Source: Psammoneis japonica
Lineage: Eukaryota
Direction of reading: 5' to 3'
Length of the DNA stretch: 62,203 bases
Assembly (NCBI GenBank): GCA_008632985.1
Contig: QPGO01000310.1
Span: 1 to 62,203 of the forward strand
Shown: positions 11,936 through 25,045 of the stretch, one piece after another
Position numbering within the stretch: position 1 is the stretch's first letter
Layout: every line of letters starts with the position of its first letter
Position numbers and translations under genes: made by a program
Notes under the pieces: generated by a model
Told to the model about the DNA's origin: nothing
Seen by the model: the letters and a program-made list of their open reading frames with translations, nothing else
The model's database searches: none

Positions 11936-13897
11936 TTATTCCTGGAAGCAACTTCTGTCGCAGTGTTCGCTGGGCGCAGGCACCTCAAGAGGGGAGTCCA
12001 TGGAGTTTACATATGGCGTGATATCCCTCCCGTACAATATCGTAGGAGTGCAGCAATGAGGCCATTGTATTTGAAGCTTTATGGGCGTTCCTGACGGACC
12101 AAGACCGAATATGACACGGTCCTCACTTCCGCCATATGCGTCTGTCTCGTGACCACGTGTGCTGATCACGCGCAACTGCCTTGTTGTCTCGTTTTCATTC
12201 GGCCCCATTCCTACTGCTGTGAGTTGCACGATAGCACCAATAGAACTTGCATGGCGGACCCTCTTTTCAAAGTTGAGAGCGAGGAATCTGTTTTTGTTGC
12301 CGGTGTCTCCCAGTGTGTTACGCAGAATCACCATGGGTGCAAACTTGTATCCAATAATGACGTCGACGAAGCCATCATTATCAAGGTCCGCAACCGTTGG
12401 AGGAAAGGCAAAAACAGGTTCTCGTTTGTTTTTGAATATGCTGCATATGGCAAACTGTTTGTCGAACAGAAGTGACTTACACACTTCCTTAGGTTGATGG
12501 TAACGGCATTGGCGACTATTTTGCGTATCAGCATTGGTTGTCGGGACACCCTTGCAAAACTGCTCGGGATCCTGTCCATAACGAAGAGAATTAAGTTCCC
12601 CAAAATCCATGTCGGTCCCGTCGGGATTCTTCAGCTTTTGCCATGTCATGCTGCTGGATAATTCATAAATACTGTGGCGCCCTGGTTGGCTCTTACAAAC
12701 CACCAACATGTCTATCTTTCCATTCAGGTTGAAATCTGCAAAGCGAAATCCAGCGGCAATCGTGCCACCGCACACGTTTAATGTTGCGTCTGGTCGTCCC
12801 ATGTGTAACAGGCAAGACTGGCGCTCAGCGTCGTCTGAAAACTGTGCGCACCTGCTTTGGCGTGACGATGACAGAAAAAAATCAACGCTTGACCTCCTGA
12901 GGATAGCCACATCTGGGAATCCGTCCAAGTCAAAGTCTTGAGTTGCAATTCCGTGTGCAATATCGTTCATATTCATTCCCTTGGGAGGCAGAGTGATGGT
13001 CCTTCGAAGCAAATTGTCCGCTTCCGAATCGAACTGATAAACGCTGAGACTATGCCTAGGTGCCTTCTGGCACACTGCATTTGTAGAAACACCAGGATTG
13101 CATTGCGATGGTACAATAAACTCCTTGGCGAAACCGTCACCGTCGAGATCTGTCAACACGGCCACAAACGCGAATTCCTCAAAGTTGTGAGAAGGGCTCC
13201 TCGTCACGTGGAACCTCCGCCCGTCAATGTTTCTATAGAAAAATCCCGGGCTTACTACGTCATCCTCTCGCTCACTGTTGAATGTTACAACATCCAAAAA
13301 ACCATCACCGTCTGCATCAAACCAGTACTGATGACGACCCCGTTCGTTTCCATAGCTATGTCGTCCCTGCAATCCCGCTTCAAGCGCCGCGTCTTTGCCA
13401 CCAACAAGACGGTACCCTAGTTCCGATGTTTCATCTCTTTCTCCCCAATAGATTGCGTTATCATATTTTTTTGCGTTCCCCACGCCAAACCCCGCACCCG
13501 TGACCACGTAAAAGTCTGTGATGCCGTCACCGTCAATGTCGACAAATGCAACGGAATGAGTATCGTAGCAAAGGTCATCTTTGTTTAGCAATGGATCGTC
13601 AGTAGTTTCGATGAAACCTTTGCCGTCGTTGGCCGCATAATAGGTGCCATCAGTCCCATTACGAAGTACTCCATCCCAATCAACCGTACAACCACCTTTG
13701 GGACCCCATGGCGATGTGCCTGGGTCAGACCATCTGGACCTCGCTTTAGTAAACCTTAAGTGGTTGTGATGATAGAGGTCGAGAACTCCGTCGTGATTCA
13801 AATCGGGCACATATGCGGAACCCCAGCTGAACATGGGTATCTGCATAGCTAGCTCCGTCATCGGGGGCTTGTCATATCCTGGAAGCAGCTTGAACAT
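11936..13897 (-). CDS. FG-GAP/VCBS-repeat protein with a C-terminal ASPIC/UnbV domain (CRTAC1-like), copy 1
   Basis: Repeated DxDxDG Ca-binding motifs (DLNHDGVLDL, DIDGDGITDF, DADGDGFLDV, DLDNDGFVDV) and C-terminal IGAIV...FGLG...IQWP. Intronless. Start MFKLL chosen from conservation with the paralog; an alternative ATG lies at 13975. Confidence 0.88.
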   Translation of the reverse strand: MFKLLPGYDKPPMTELAMQIPMFSWGSAYVPDLNHDGVLDLYHHNHLRFTKARSRWSDPGTSPWGPKGGCTVDWDGVLRNGTDGTYYAANDGKGFIETTDDPLLNKDDLCYDTHSVAFVDIDGDGITDFYVVTGAGFGVGNAKKYDNAIYWGERDETSELGYRLVGGKDAALEAGLQGRHSYGNERGRHQYWFDADGDGFLDVVTFNSEREDDVVSPGFFYRNIDGRRFHVTRSPSHNFEEFAFVAVLTDLDGDGFAKEFIVPSQCNPGVSTNAVCQKAPRHSLSVYQFDSEADNLLRRTITLPPKGMNMNDIAHGIATQDFDLDGFPDVAILRRSSVDFFLSSSRQSRCAQFSDDAERQSCLLHMGRPDATLNVCGGTIAAGFRFADFNLNGKIDMLVVCKSQPGRHSIYELSSSMTWQKLKNPDGTDMDFGELNSLRYGQDPEQFCKGVPTTNADTQNSRQCRYHQPKEVCKSLLFDKQFAICSIFKNKREPVFAFPPTVADLDNDGFVDVIIGYKFAPMVILRNTLGDTGNKNRFLALNFEKRVRHASSIGAIVQLTAVGMGPNENETTRQLRVISTRGHETDAYGGSEDRVIFGLGPSGTPIKLQIQWPHCCTPTILYGRDITPYVNSMDSPLEVPAPSEHCDRSCFQE

Positions 13898-14039
13898 GGT
13901 GTCGTTGGTGAAATGTGATTTTGTTCTTGTGTCAAATTTTATGAGAGATGTCAAAGCTATTCTATCTCCCATCATGAATGCGAACCGAGAACCGCGCGCA
14001 GTCCGTAGTACTGAAGTGTAAATAGTTTGATACACTAAT

Positions 14040-14572
14040 TATTGTACTTAAAAATTATACGGAAGGTTTCTCAATCACACGAATGAAACATAATTCTGGT
14101 GATCTCGTGAAATTCGTACTGCAATGTACGTCCAGTGTCACATCATTAAGAACTCATCGGTCATTAGTAGCCCTAAGTAAACCTCGGTGAGATCGCCCAA
14201 GTCGCATGAACCTTATAAATGTACACAACAATTATACGGAGACTTTCTAAGCCATCACATAAATGTTAGAAATCATTTATCAATCAGGTCATGGCATCTA
14301 AAGATCGTCTAATAAATAACGTCGGAGAAACTCATCGGTCATAATTATTAAAAAAACGCGGGAGACGAAGGTCGCGGTTCGCATTTGTGCCAGATTTTTG
14401 TGCAGTAAGTGGGCCGAAGGTTCGTGCCACTCGAGAGGACACACAAAAAAAACAAGAACATCAAAAGAAATAAAAAAGTGAACGCGGAATTAAAATTTAC
14501 TGCATTCAGTTTGAACATAAAGAACAAGAAGCCCGTGGATTACATTGAATTGCTCTCTCGGAAGTCCTAACC
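14040..14572. promoter_or_regulatory. AT-rich divergent promoter region with three GGTCAT motifs
   Basis: Lies between head-to-head genes. aactcatcggtcat occurs at 14151 and 14329, tcaatcaggtcat at 14280. These blocks are conserved at 19140-19260 and 31905-32050. Confidence 0.6.
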
Positions 14573-16272
14573 ATGCATCTCCACAATAGAGCTACATTAT
14601 CCCTTGCACTGTTGACGGCTTCAACGATATCGCTTTTTCAGGATGTGTCCGCTGCATTCGAATTTGTTTGCCCGGTAAATGGTCTAGAGGACTCATCCTC
14701 GGAACTCCAGGCATTTGACAAAAACGGCCCGAATTTTTCGGCTATCTCTGGACTGGCCTTCTCTTCCATCCAAACAGGACCTTCAGGTCAGCCTGTCATG
14801 TACGCCAACATTGATAGACGAAACGGCAAAAGGTTGGGTATTTTTGACTCTGGTTCCGGAGAACGGTTGTTAACGCTGCAGATTCCAAGCCTTCCTTCAG
14901 ACTTTGATTGGGAGTCTCTGGCCATTGGATCGTGCGGTATTCATGGGAGGCCGCATCATGTATCTACATTGGTGATATCGGCGACAGCTATGCAAACCAA
15001 AATGGTGGGGTAGAATCAGGAAGACAGGGAAACCCTTATCGAATCTACAAGATAAGAGAACCAGTTCTACACATGTTCAATGACAATGATGTCATTCCAA
15101 AGAACGATACGTACGTGTTGGAGTATGATTACATTCACCCTTCATCTCCCACTGATTTTGCGGATTGCGAAGCCATGTTTTTGGACCACCAGGGTTGGGG
15201 GGCAGGAGAGAGTAAAGGCGACATTTACTTGGTTACCAAATGGGGCAACACCTACAAAAAATACTACACGAGGTTGTTTCAAATTCCCGCATCTGCCTGG
15301 GATTTGTCCGAGGTTCCCTATTCACCTGCGTCCGTTGGGAAATGTCCCAATGGGGGCTACTTATATGGCAGAACGTTTACAATGGCAGATATGTCATTGG
15401 ACGGCACTCTGATCGCTTTTGGTGGCGCACTTAGATGCACAGTTGTATTTCCGCGATGTCCCGGTGTCAGTGTCGCCGAAGCCCTGACGGGTGACACCAA
15501 GGGATGCGTAAAGTGGCAGCACATCCCTGGCCGAACGGAGACCTTTGCATGGAGCTTGGATGGAACCCGAAATTTGATCATATCGGAGCGCGAATCCTGC
15601 GACCCTCGAGGCCCGCCCATGGCCTGGACCACCATGGATTACGCTTCTCCAAATGCAACAACCATAATTTGCCCGGATAAAGAGGCAAATGTGCAGCCTG
15701 TACAAACAACCACAGAAGAATGTCCAACCGTTGTTCCACCTACAGAACCCCCGCTTTCATTTCCTGAGGAGTTTGCTGAGCTGAAGTGTCAATACTCAGA
15801 ATGCCTCGAGGAGTACACGACAAAGTTTGACTATGCGCCTGAAGGATTTGCTGTGCGAGTCCTTTCTAAATCTGAGAAAAAAGTAGAGGACATCAAGAAT
15901 ATGATAGACCGTGGAGACGTCATTGTGTCTGCGGAAATGATGAAAGCTTCGCTAAAGTTTTTTCAGCGATATCGTGCAGTAGCTCTCAGGAAGGGACGGC
16001 GAAATGCTCAAGCGTTTGCTGACTGCGCCGGTGGATTCGGAGGCAAATGCTCGCTTGACTTTCTTCAAGGCTTGATCGAGGCAGTGGCAAATGAGGATGG
16101 GCTCATGGATGATGTGAATCTTGTGGAAGCAGACAAGTATTTGGAGCAAGCCAAGGTTTTCCTGAGAGAGAAGAATTGGAGGTTCGCCACCGCTAGGGCC
16201 TTGTGGGGCATTCGCCTTATCTTCAAAAGTCTCGACGATGATCTCGTCGACGCCCCTAACTTGTGCGAATAA
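14573..16272 (+). CDS. Secreted bacterial-like beta-propeller protein, copy 1 (1-bp deletion at ~14946)
   Basis: Signal peptide. Motifs DWESLAIG / IYIGDIGD / YKIREP / DCEAMFLD / IYLVTK. ORFs 14573 and 14908 join if catgggagg is catggggagg as in the paralog at 32417. Confidence 0.8.
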
Positions 16273-17072
16273 CAACTAGAGGAGACGGCCATGTTTACGT
16301 CCTTCACTGTTGATTTGACAGGCCGTCAGCGACTTCAATTTGACGGGCAGATACATCATAGCGGTTTGCGGTATCATTGCCTACGCTAGTTGGAATGCTC
16401 TAATTGGTCCATAATTACTAAACTACATGTGCAAATTGATTTGCTATTTCTACGTAGTAGGGTGCTGCAATCCAAGCATAAGTAGGCATCCCGACTCATC
16501 GCGGAGCCTTGATGCCGTTCCAGGCTCAGATCGTTCTTCCTCTTAGATTGACCCATCCGTTTGGAGTGCGCTCAGATTGAAAAAAAGAACTAGCAATAAA
16601 AAACCTAGCCTTGTAAAGGACAGAAAAGTTTATTGCCTTCGGTAAAATAGAAGGAGCGAATAATAACCCACCCGGATCAGAGCATATGTGTCTTGCGGCA
16701 AGCGACAAAACAGCGTAGCGACCTTCATCCTCCGAGAATCTACAAGCAACTTCATTTTCTCTTTCTATGGGGCAGCAGTTATACGAGCCCATACCTAGCT
16801 CAAGCAAACTGGGCATACGAATACTGCAGTCATTTTGGACTTGATAAAGTCAGTATGTTACTCCCTCCATCGTGTAGCGCTCTATCGCTTTCAATGGCAT
16901 GCTGTAGTTGCGCTTCCGACGGAAGCGCTAGGAATCGAGACGACGCATCTTGAAGGAAATCAGAAACGTCTACAGAGTAGTTGTTGTCGTAGGTCAGCCG
17001 TTGTGCAATGGAAAAAGTAAAGTTCTGAGGTTTTTACATCGGCGACTGCCACACAGCGAACACAACCTTTTC

Positions 17073-19041
17073 TTAATTCTGGAAGCAACTCCTATCGCAG
17101 TTCTCGCTGGGTGCAGGCACCTCAAAAGGCGAGTCCATGGAGTTTAGAAATGGCGTTAGCTGCTTCCTCCACAATATGGTAGGAGTGCAGCAATGAGGCC
17201 ATTGTATTTGAAGCTTTACGGGCGTTCCTGACGGACCAAGACCGAATATGATACGGTCCTCACTTCCTCCATATGCATCTGTCTCGTGACCGCGTGTGCT
17301 GACAACGCGCAACTGTCTTGTTGTCTCGTTTTCATTCGGCCCCATTCCTATCGCTGTGAGTTGCACGATAGCACCAATAGAACTTGCATGACGGACTCTC
17401 TTTTCAAAGCTGAGAGCGAGGAATCTGTTTTTGTCGCCGGTGTCTCCAAGTATGTTCCGCAGAATCACCATGGGTGCAAACTTGTATCCAATAATGACGT
17501 CGACGAAGCCATCATTATCAAGGTCCGCAACCGTTGGAGGAAATGCATAAACGGGGTCTCTTTTGTTTTTGAATATGCTGCATATGGCAAACTGTTTGTC
17601 GAACAGAAGTGACTCGCACACTTTCTTAGGTTGATGTCTCCTGCATTGACGACTATTTACCGTATCAGCATTGGTTGTTGGGACACCCTTACAAAACTGC
17701 TCGGGATCAGGTCCATAATCAAGAGAATTAAGGTCCCCAAAATCCATGTCGGTCCCGTCGGGATTCTTCAGCTTTGCCATGTCATGCTGCTGGATAATTC
17801 ATAATACCGTGATGCCCTGGTTGGCTCATACAAACACCATCATGTCGATCTTTCCATTCAGGTTGAAATCTGCAAAGCGAAATCCAGAGGAACCCTTGCC
17901 ACCGCACAAGCTTGTAAGGTCAAATTTTGCGTTTGGTCGTCCCATGCGTAAAAGGCAAAACTGACGCGCCGCGTCGTCTGAAAACTTTGCACACCTTCTT
18001 CGGCGTGACGATGACAGATAAAAATCGACCCTTTCCTTCCTGAGGATCGCCACATCTGGTTTGCCATCTAGATCAAAGTCTTGAGTTGCAATACCGTTTG
18101 CAATATCATTCTTACCCAATTCTTGGGGAGGCTGAGTTATGGTCTTTCGACGCAGGTTGTCCCTTTTCGAATCGAACTGATAAACGGTGAGACTAAGCAT
18201 AGGTGACTTCTTGCACACTGCATTTGTAAAGAACCAGGATTGCATTGCGATGGTACAATAAGCTCCTTGGCGAACCCGTCACCATCGAGATCTGTCAACA
18301 CGGCCATAAATGCGAATTCCTCAAAGTTGCGAGAATTGCTTCTCGTCACGTTGAACTTCCGCCCGTCAATGTTCCTGTAGAATAATCCCGGGCTTACTAC
18401 GTCATCCTCTCGTTCACCGTTCAGTGTTACAACGTCCATAAGACCATCACCGTCTGCATCAAACCAATACTGATGACGACCACGTTCGTTTCCATAGCTA
18501 CTTCGTCCTTGTAATCCCGCTTCAAGCGCCGCGTCTTTGCCGCCGACAAGACGGAACCCAAGTTCCGATGCTTCATCTTTTTCTCCCCAGTAGATTGCAT
18601 TATCAAATTTTTTTGCGTTTCCCACGCCAAACCCAGCACCCGTGACCACGTAAAAGTCTGTGATACTGTCACCGTCAATGTCGATAAATGCAGCGGAATG
18701 AGTATCGTGGCAAAAGTCTTGTTTGTTTAGCAATGGATCGTCAGTAGTTTTGATGAAGCCGTTGCCGTCGTTGGCCGCATAATAGGTGCCATCAGTCCCG
18801 TTACGAAGTACTGCATCCCAATCAACCATACAACCACCTTTTTTGGGACCCCATGGCGATGTGCTTGGGTCAGACCATCTGGAGTTCGCTTTAGAAAACC
18901 TCAAGTGGTTGTGATGATAGAGGTCGAGAACTCCGTCGTGATTCAAATCGGGCGCATATGCAGAACCCCAGGAGAACATGGGTAGCTGCATAGCTAGCTC
19001 CGTCATGGGGGTTCGTCATATCCAGGAAGCAGCTTGAACAT
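17073..19041 (-). CDS. FG-GAP/ASPIC-UnbV protein, copy 2, broken by about four 1-bp deletions (sequencing errors or recent pseudogene)
   Basis: ORFs 18137, 17826 and 17073 are colinear with copy 1. Deletions at ~19008 (G-run), ~18230, ~17804 (A-run) and ~17774 (T-run). Confidence 0.8.
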
Positions 19042-19299
19042 GGTGTCGTCGGTTAAATGTGGTTTTGCTGTTTGTGTGTTGCATAGCCCTGGTCGCCTCA
19101 GCTCTCTAGTATTCTCCCAAAAAATGTTCGCATCGTTACGCATCAATCAGGTCATCGATTGGACATATTAATAATATGTGAAATCGAGAACTCATCGGTC
19201 ATAAATGGTAATATGAATTTTCTGAAAGAAAACCTGGTCCGTTCAGGTCGGTGAGATCGAGCACCGTCAGGACAAAATTGGTCATTTTCTTATTCAACT

Positions 19300-22200
19300 A
19301 CAGTACAGCGCAGCAAGGGCAGCAATGTGAGAAAGGGGCATTTGTGTTGAAGAAGCGTGTAAAAAAATTGGGGTTTGGGCGCTGGCAGATTGGGAGGTTC
19401 TTGGACACGGCTCATGCAGGGGCACCCCAGACTGTTGCATTCAGTGCTGACGGGCATGGTTTTGGCCACGCACCAGTTTTGGCAGTGCACCTCAATTGCC
19501 CATGCCTTGTCACTGGGAAGATTGCAGAGGATCAACTTGAGTGACTCCTTGTGTGCATTTGCTTTCCTCTCCATTTGCTTTCCTCTCAGCTGCCCCCCCC
19601 CACTTCTTCACCTCATGAGTTGTGGCCTCTTTGTGGATGGCCAAAATGATTTTGGAATGGCCGCGAAGTGAGCTGTTTTGCATTGCTGGCTCCATCAGAT
19701 GTGAGAGATGGATGGCCCTGCAACCAATTTGACAGGCAGGCCGCCCCTGGGTTGTGCCTGGTGCCAGAATCTTGCAAATCAGTGCTGGAGGAGCTGATCC
19801 TGGATGGCATCTTTGACATCAGCAAACAACTCTTGTTGGGTGCACCACACCACTCATGCCATTTGGAGCTTGTGAAGACCAGCACGAGCAGCTCTTGTGT
19901 TCTTGTGGTCAGTGGTCAGTCGCTGTTTTGTCAGGGCCTTGGATTGCCAAGATCTGTGCTTTGGATTTCTCAGATGCCCGGCTGTGGTCGATTGATTCCT
20001 TCTCACCCACAAAGCCTCAAAGACAGTGCTGCCTGCAGAGACAGCAAATCATGACTGGAGCATTTTTGAAGTTTTTGGCAGAGTGGCACACCTGTGCTTG
20101 GGGCCACATGCCAAGGAGTCAACAAGGCCAAGTCCATGAGCTGCCATTCCTTGTGGGTCACCTTGATTGACACCTTTTTTTTGCTGAAAAGGATGGCCAT
20201 CATTCTGAAGTGGCCACAAATGTTCAGAACACTGCAGAATTTTGCACCAAATGACCACAAGTGTGCCTCATGTCATGCAGTGCTTGGGCCATGCTTTGCT
20301 GATGACAAGAACCGCTGCAGTTGTCTTTGAACTTGCTTGCGCTGTTCCCAGAGCAACTTCATCATGTTGTCTTGGCCCTCAATTTCTGCTTCTAGTCCAG
20401 CACACAACTGATCTGTGCCAAAAGCCTCTTTGGCTTCTTTCCCAGCAGCTCCAGCCAGGCAAATGCCGAGACTTGTGACTGGTGCCGGAGAAGTCTCTTT
20501 GCCATGAGCGCTGTGCATGCTGCCTTTCTGGGGCAAGAATGTGTTTGCCAGGCAGTTGGCAAACATGTGCAGCACTTCTCAAAGCTGTCCACCAGCTTTG
20601 CTGCATTGGAGCAGCCAATGCTGTGTTTTGGCATCCAATTCTGCCAAGTCATCCTGTGCTCCCTGATGACAACTTTTGTGTGATGGTCTTGACATTGCTG
20701 TTGGTGACAATGACATCCCAGCAGAGTTCAGGCAGCTCACTTGAGTCACTGTGAAAATGTGGTCTTCAACTTTCTCATCATCTCTCCCTTTGTCAGCAGC
20801 ACCCTTCTCTCTTGCTTCACTCTTGGGTGTGGTGTTTTCCTTGTCAGCTTTCTCAGCACATGCCCACCTTTTTTCTCTTTGCCATTGACATCAGGGGTGG
20901 GGTGTTGATGAGTTGACAATTTTTAGCTGAAGCAGACAGGTCTTCCAGAGGTGAAAACCTTTTGGGGCTTTTTGCCCAAATTCCCATCACTCAAGCCACA
21001 AGTTGGGAATCCTGCCTTTTTTTTTTGCACTTTTTGAAACAAGCACAAGAGCTGCATCATGGTTGGCCCTGCTTGCTGGGTGGTGTGCAAGCAAGCAATG
21101 AGTTTGGTGAGCAGGCATCAATGTGCAATCACAGCACAGCTTGCTTTTTCCCTGGGATGTTGTTTCTTTTTCAGCAGCATGGGCAGGTCAGGGCTTGAGT
21201 CTCAACTCATGTGCTCTTTGGGCAGGAGGCCTCACATTCATCAGATCACAACTGTGCCATGGTTGCCCATGTTGTTGTTCATGTTGTTGTCATCCAATGG
21301 GTCCAAGGTTTTTTTTGGGGGGGGGGGGTTGCCGCTCCATTCAAAATTGCTTGAGTTCAAAGAAATTTGTTGTGAATTTTTCTCTCAATTGCGGCACAAG
21401 CACAAAAAGACAGTGGTCATCACATTGAAAATCATGTCCAAACTTCAGCAATGAGAGAGACAAGTTTGGGAATGTTTTTGCACTTGATGCAACTTTTCTG
21501 GCTGCAAAGCTGTTTCTTGCCATGGTGCAGCACTCCTGTGGCTGTGACATCTGGTGCCACATCATTGCTTGAAGTTGCGGTGCAAGTGCAAGTTCCAGTC
21601 TGTCATGGGATTTCTCAATCAACTCAGATGAGATGCCAGCTGGGTTGATTGCATTGGTGGTGGGAAGGTCATGTTCATCAATCAAAGTGGATTGCAGCTT
21701 GGGGTGACAAAAGGCATGCATGGAGACATGCAGCCTGTGCACAGCATTGTCTCTGATTCCCACATCACCAGCAGCTGCATCTTGACAGAGCACAAGTTGC
21801 TGGGCCCAAAAAATGGTTGGCAGTCATGTGGAGCTGGCGTTGATGCCCCCTCATGACACCTGTGCACCCACCTCAATCTGAGCTCAGCAGATGGCAGAGT
21901 CAGATGTCAGAGGATTGGCTGGAATGATGGGCACGTCCAGTTCTGCAAATTTCATGTTGGGGTGGTTGATGGCAAAAAAGGCGAGACTCAGAAGGAGCTG
22001 AGAAGGTGTGTGTTCATCCACTCTTGCATGTCCAAGTGTTCAAATGGAGCTGTCACCAAACAAGTCAGTTCTGTGGGGGGGGCTTCTTGTTGGAGATCAG
22101 TGGCTTTCTCTGCTGTGTTTCCCCTGATCTGCAGTCAATGGATCATTGTCAGCCAGAGTCATGGGATCAGGGGTGTCAGCATGATGCATGCCATGTGCAA

Positions 22201-24560
22201 GAAAGAGTGGATGGTGCAAGAGGCAGCAAGTCTGTGGGGCCCTGTTTCACAGCCACCCTGCTGTCATTCATTTGTGTCAGAGCTTGGCAGAGTGGGTGGC
22301 CATCACTTTTCTGGGTCCAGTGATGGCCTTTGTGAAAATCTGTGTGGCAATCTTGGCAGCCTTCTGACACCACATTGCAGTCACATTGACCATGTTGGAT
22401 GAATTGGCTGGATCAAACAAGATGTGAATGGAGGCAGTCAGCATCATTGAGGACAGGGAAGTCAGCAAAAGAAAGGCATTGTTTGCCACATGACAAGCGT
22501 GGTTGGGTCTGGGCTTCATTCAGTTGCATGTTGATTTTGTGGATGGCTGCCTTGCAAATTTTGTGCATTTCTTGGGCTTGCACATCATCTGCTGCAATGT
22601 CCATGGCAGATGCCTTCTTGTTTGCCAAAGCTGCTGTGGTTTCTTCCTTGGTCTCAACAGTGGAGTGCATTGTTGTCCTTGTTCAGAGTCTCAGAGGGCA
22701 CGACATTGGCTTTGCTTGTCATTGGCACCTGGGTGGCAGCTGTCATGGCAGCTGTCGCAGTGGGCAAATGAACACGCATCACTGAGGGTGTTTTGACAGA
22801 CCTTGTTGCAGTTCCAGGCTGTCAGGTTCTTTGAGCACCAAAGCAAGGGTCTCTGCAATTTTTTCATTTGCAGAGGTGTGCTTTGTTGATGTCTTTTTGT
22901 GCTTCAGCAGTCTTGCCATGCAGGCATTTGCTGTGGCATGTGTTGCTGATGAAGATGTCAAGGGCAGCATTGCCCATGCCCTCAACAACAGCCCTTGAGA
23001 GCCACAGAGAAAGTCTTGGAATTCTGTGTCTTTTTCAGGAGCATCAGGTTGTTCTGCACTGGTGGGCATGTCTTCATCATCTTGCAGGGGTGCTCATGCC
23101 ACATTGGGTGGTGGTTGAATGTGGTCATCTTCAGGGTGGTGCACTTTTGTCTAGAGTGCCAGTGGATGATGTCTGGGAACTTGGAGTTGGGCTCCCAGAA
23201 GGCATTTCTTTCCTGAAGGTGCTGGCAAAGGACAAAACTGTTTTCACATGGTTGAGCTGGGTGAGCATGCAGAGGGGCAAAGTGTTGTTTTTGTTGTTGC
23301 TTGCTGTGAATCCCCAGTGTTTGTTGTCTTTCATGAAGCACCGTGGTGGGTGGATGAGTGTCTTGATGTCTGATGCTGGGTGTGTGACTGTGACACACAA
23401 CTGGAGGTGTGTCATCGGCACACACAACTCACAGCCCACACTCAATCAGCTGTTGCCTGCCTTTGCTTCATTTCTTGCCATCTTTTGCAGGCTCAACTGT
23501 TGGTGCCCCTTCCTTGGCAAAGGGCTGTCAATGCTTGCATTTTTGGATGACAGCCACACTCCCTTCCCGCCATCTTTGATGCACCATGTCATGAGCATCT
23601 TTTCTCTGACTGTCTCTGCGTTCACCTTGTTCTTGTCACTTTTCAAACATTTGCACTCACTCCTCTGAACAACTGTGCTCCCTTGTTTCTTGGCCTTTTT
23701 GAAACATCAATGCAAGAGCTTTTTCCCTCCTTTGCATTTGTGTTTTGAACTCCATTCCATTTTCTCCAGCCCAAAATTTGCCGCCCGACAAATGGCTGCA
23801 AAGATGGACAGCGCCACGTGTTGCTTTTTTGACATTTCACTTTTGTTGGTGTCCCCCACTGGGTGTGGTTTTTAGGCTTTCCATTCTTCAAACACATCCA
23901 ACCATGCAAAGAGCATCCAGTTGATTTCCTGCTTGACCCAAAAAAACCAAAACAGACAGACTGTGCAGCAACAAACAACCCTGCCATGTGCCGCCAATCT
24001 GCGCGCTGGGAATGTGGGTCAATCTGATAGATTTAACAGCACTTGAAATGCAGAAGAGATGGCAGCTGGCTTCAAATGTTGTTGCAGAAGCAAAGGAAGA
24101 AGAGCAAGGAGAGCTCTTTCTGGGGCTGGCACGCTGGGAGCTTCTGCCGCGCCATTTGCCAGTTTCACGCGACGGCGAGAGAGGGCCCCCACTCGCAACA
24201 AGTTTTCTCCAGCAAGATGTGCTCTCCACCACCATTTTTCTTTTGTGTCATCATTGACAACATCTTGGAATTGCCCACAAAAGCTGGCATCATGGACTGG
24301 ATTGGATTGCTCCTGAAGAGTCATCGCCAACCCATGCTGCGCTTTTCCCCTCTGGACCAGCTCCCGCCCCACACAGAGGGGGGCAGGGGCCAGCACTCCT
24401 GGCATGTCCAAGACCTGCTGCCCTTTTTGTTTTCCCTTGATTGACATTGCAAGGAAGCTGCCATCAGGCACAAAACTGATTGGTGCAGGCAAAATGCCAC
24501 AGCAACACAACAACACCAATCTTGAAGTGCTGGAGAGTCGCCAAGAAATAATGCAGCAAG
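19300..24560 (-). mobile_element. Degenerate non-LTR retrotransposon (reverse transcriptase, CRE-like signature)
   Basis: Minus-strand remnants KEAFGTDQLCAGLEAEIEG (~20380-20440) and KGVNQGDPQGMAAHGLGL (~20120-20175) match the RT motifs QLCAGxxAGxEG and GVxQGDPLxMxxYxLG. Heavily TG/CA-mutated; ends are inferred from composition. Confidence 0.75.
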
Positions 24561-25045
24561 GGCAGTTTTAGTTTACAAAACGCGCAGATTCTACTGTACG
24601 CTACGCACGGACCCGGACGTGCTAGCTGTGACAATTTATGCGTTTTACGTCACGGGTCATTTTCGAAAATTCTTAGTATTGCCTCGGATAACGGTTGTTC
24701 GTCAAATTCATTGTCCCATTTACGAGAATAGTCGTAGGGCCCTGCGTACAGGACAGTACGGTGCGACGTGAAGCCTCCACGTCAGCATGGCTATGACCCT
24801 TGATGATGATGATGCATGCTCTACGAACAAAGTGAGGTGAAGTTGAGCGGAAGCAGCAGCAACAACAAGAGAGCTTGAAGGTGGGGTGTGTGTGTTGCAG
24901 CGCTCTGAAACAAAACAAACACCTGGGCTCCTTTCTCCCGACCAAAGAATATCCAAAACGTTACCGCCCGTGAACTTTGACAGCCGGGCCAAAAGAATTG
25001 TAGCAAAAGAATTGTAAATCAAGCGTCGCAGTACTATTCATCAAG

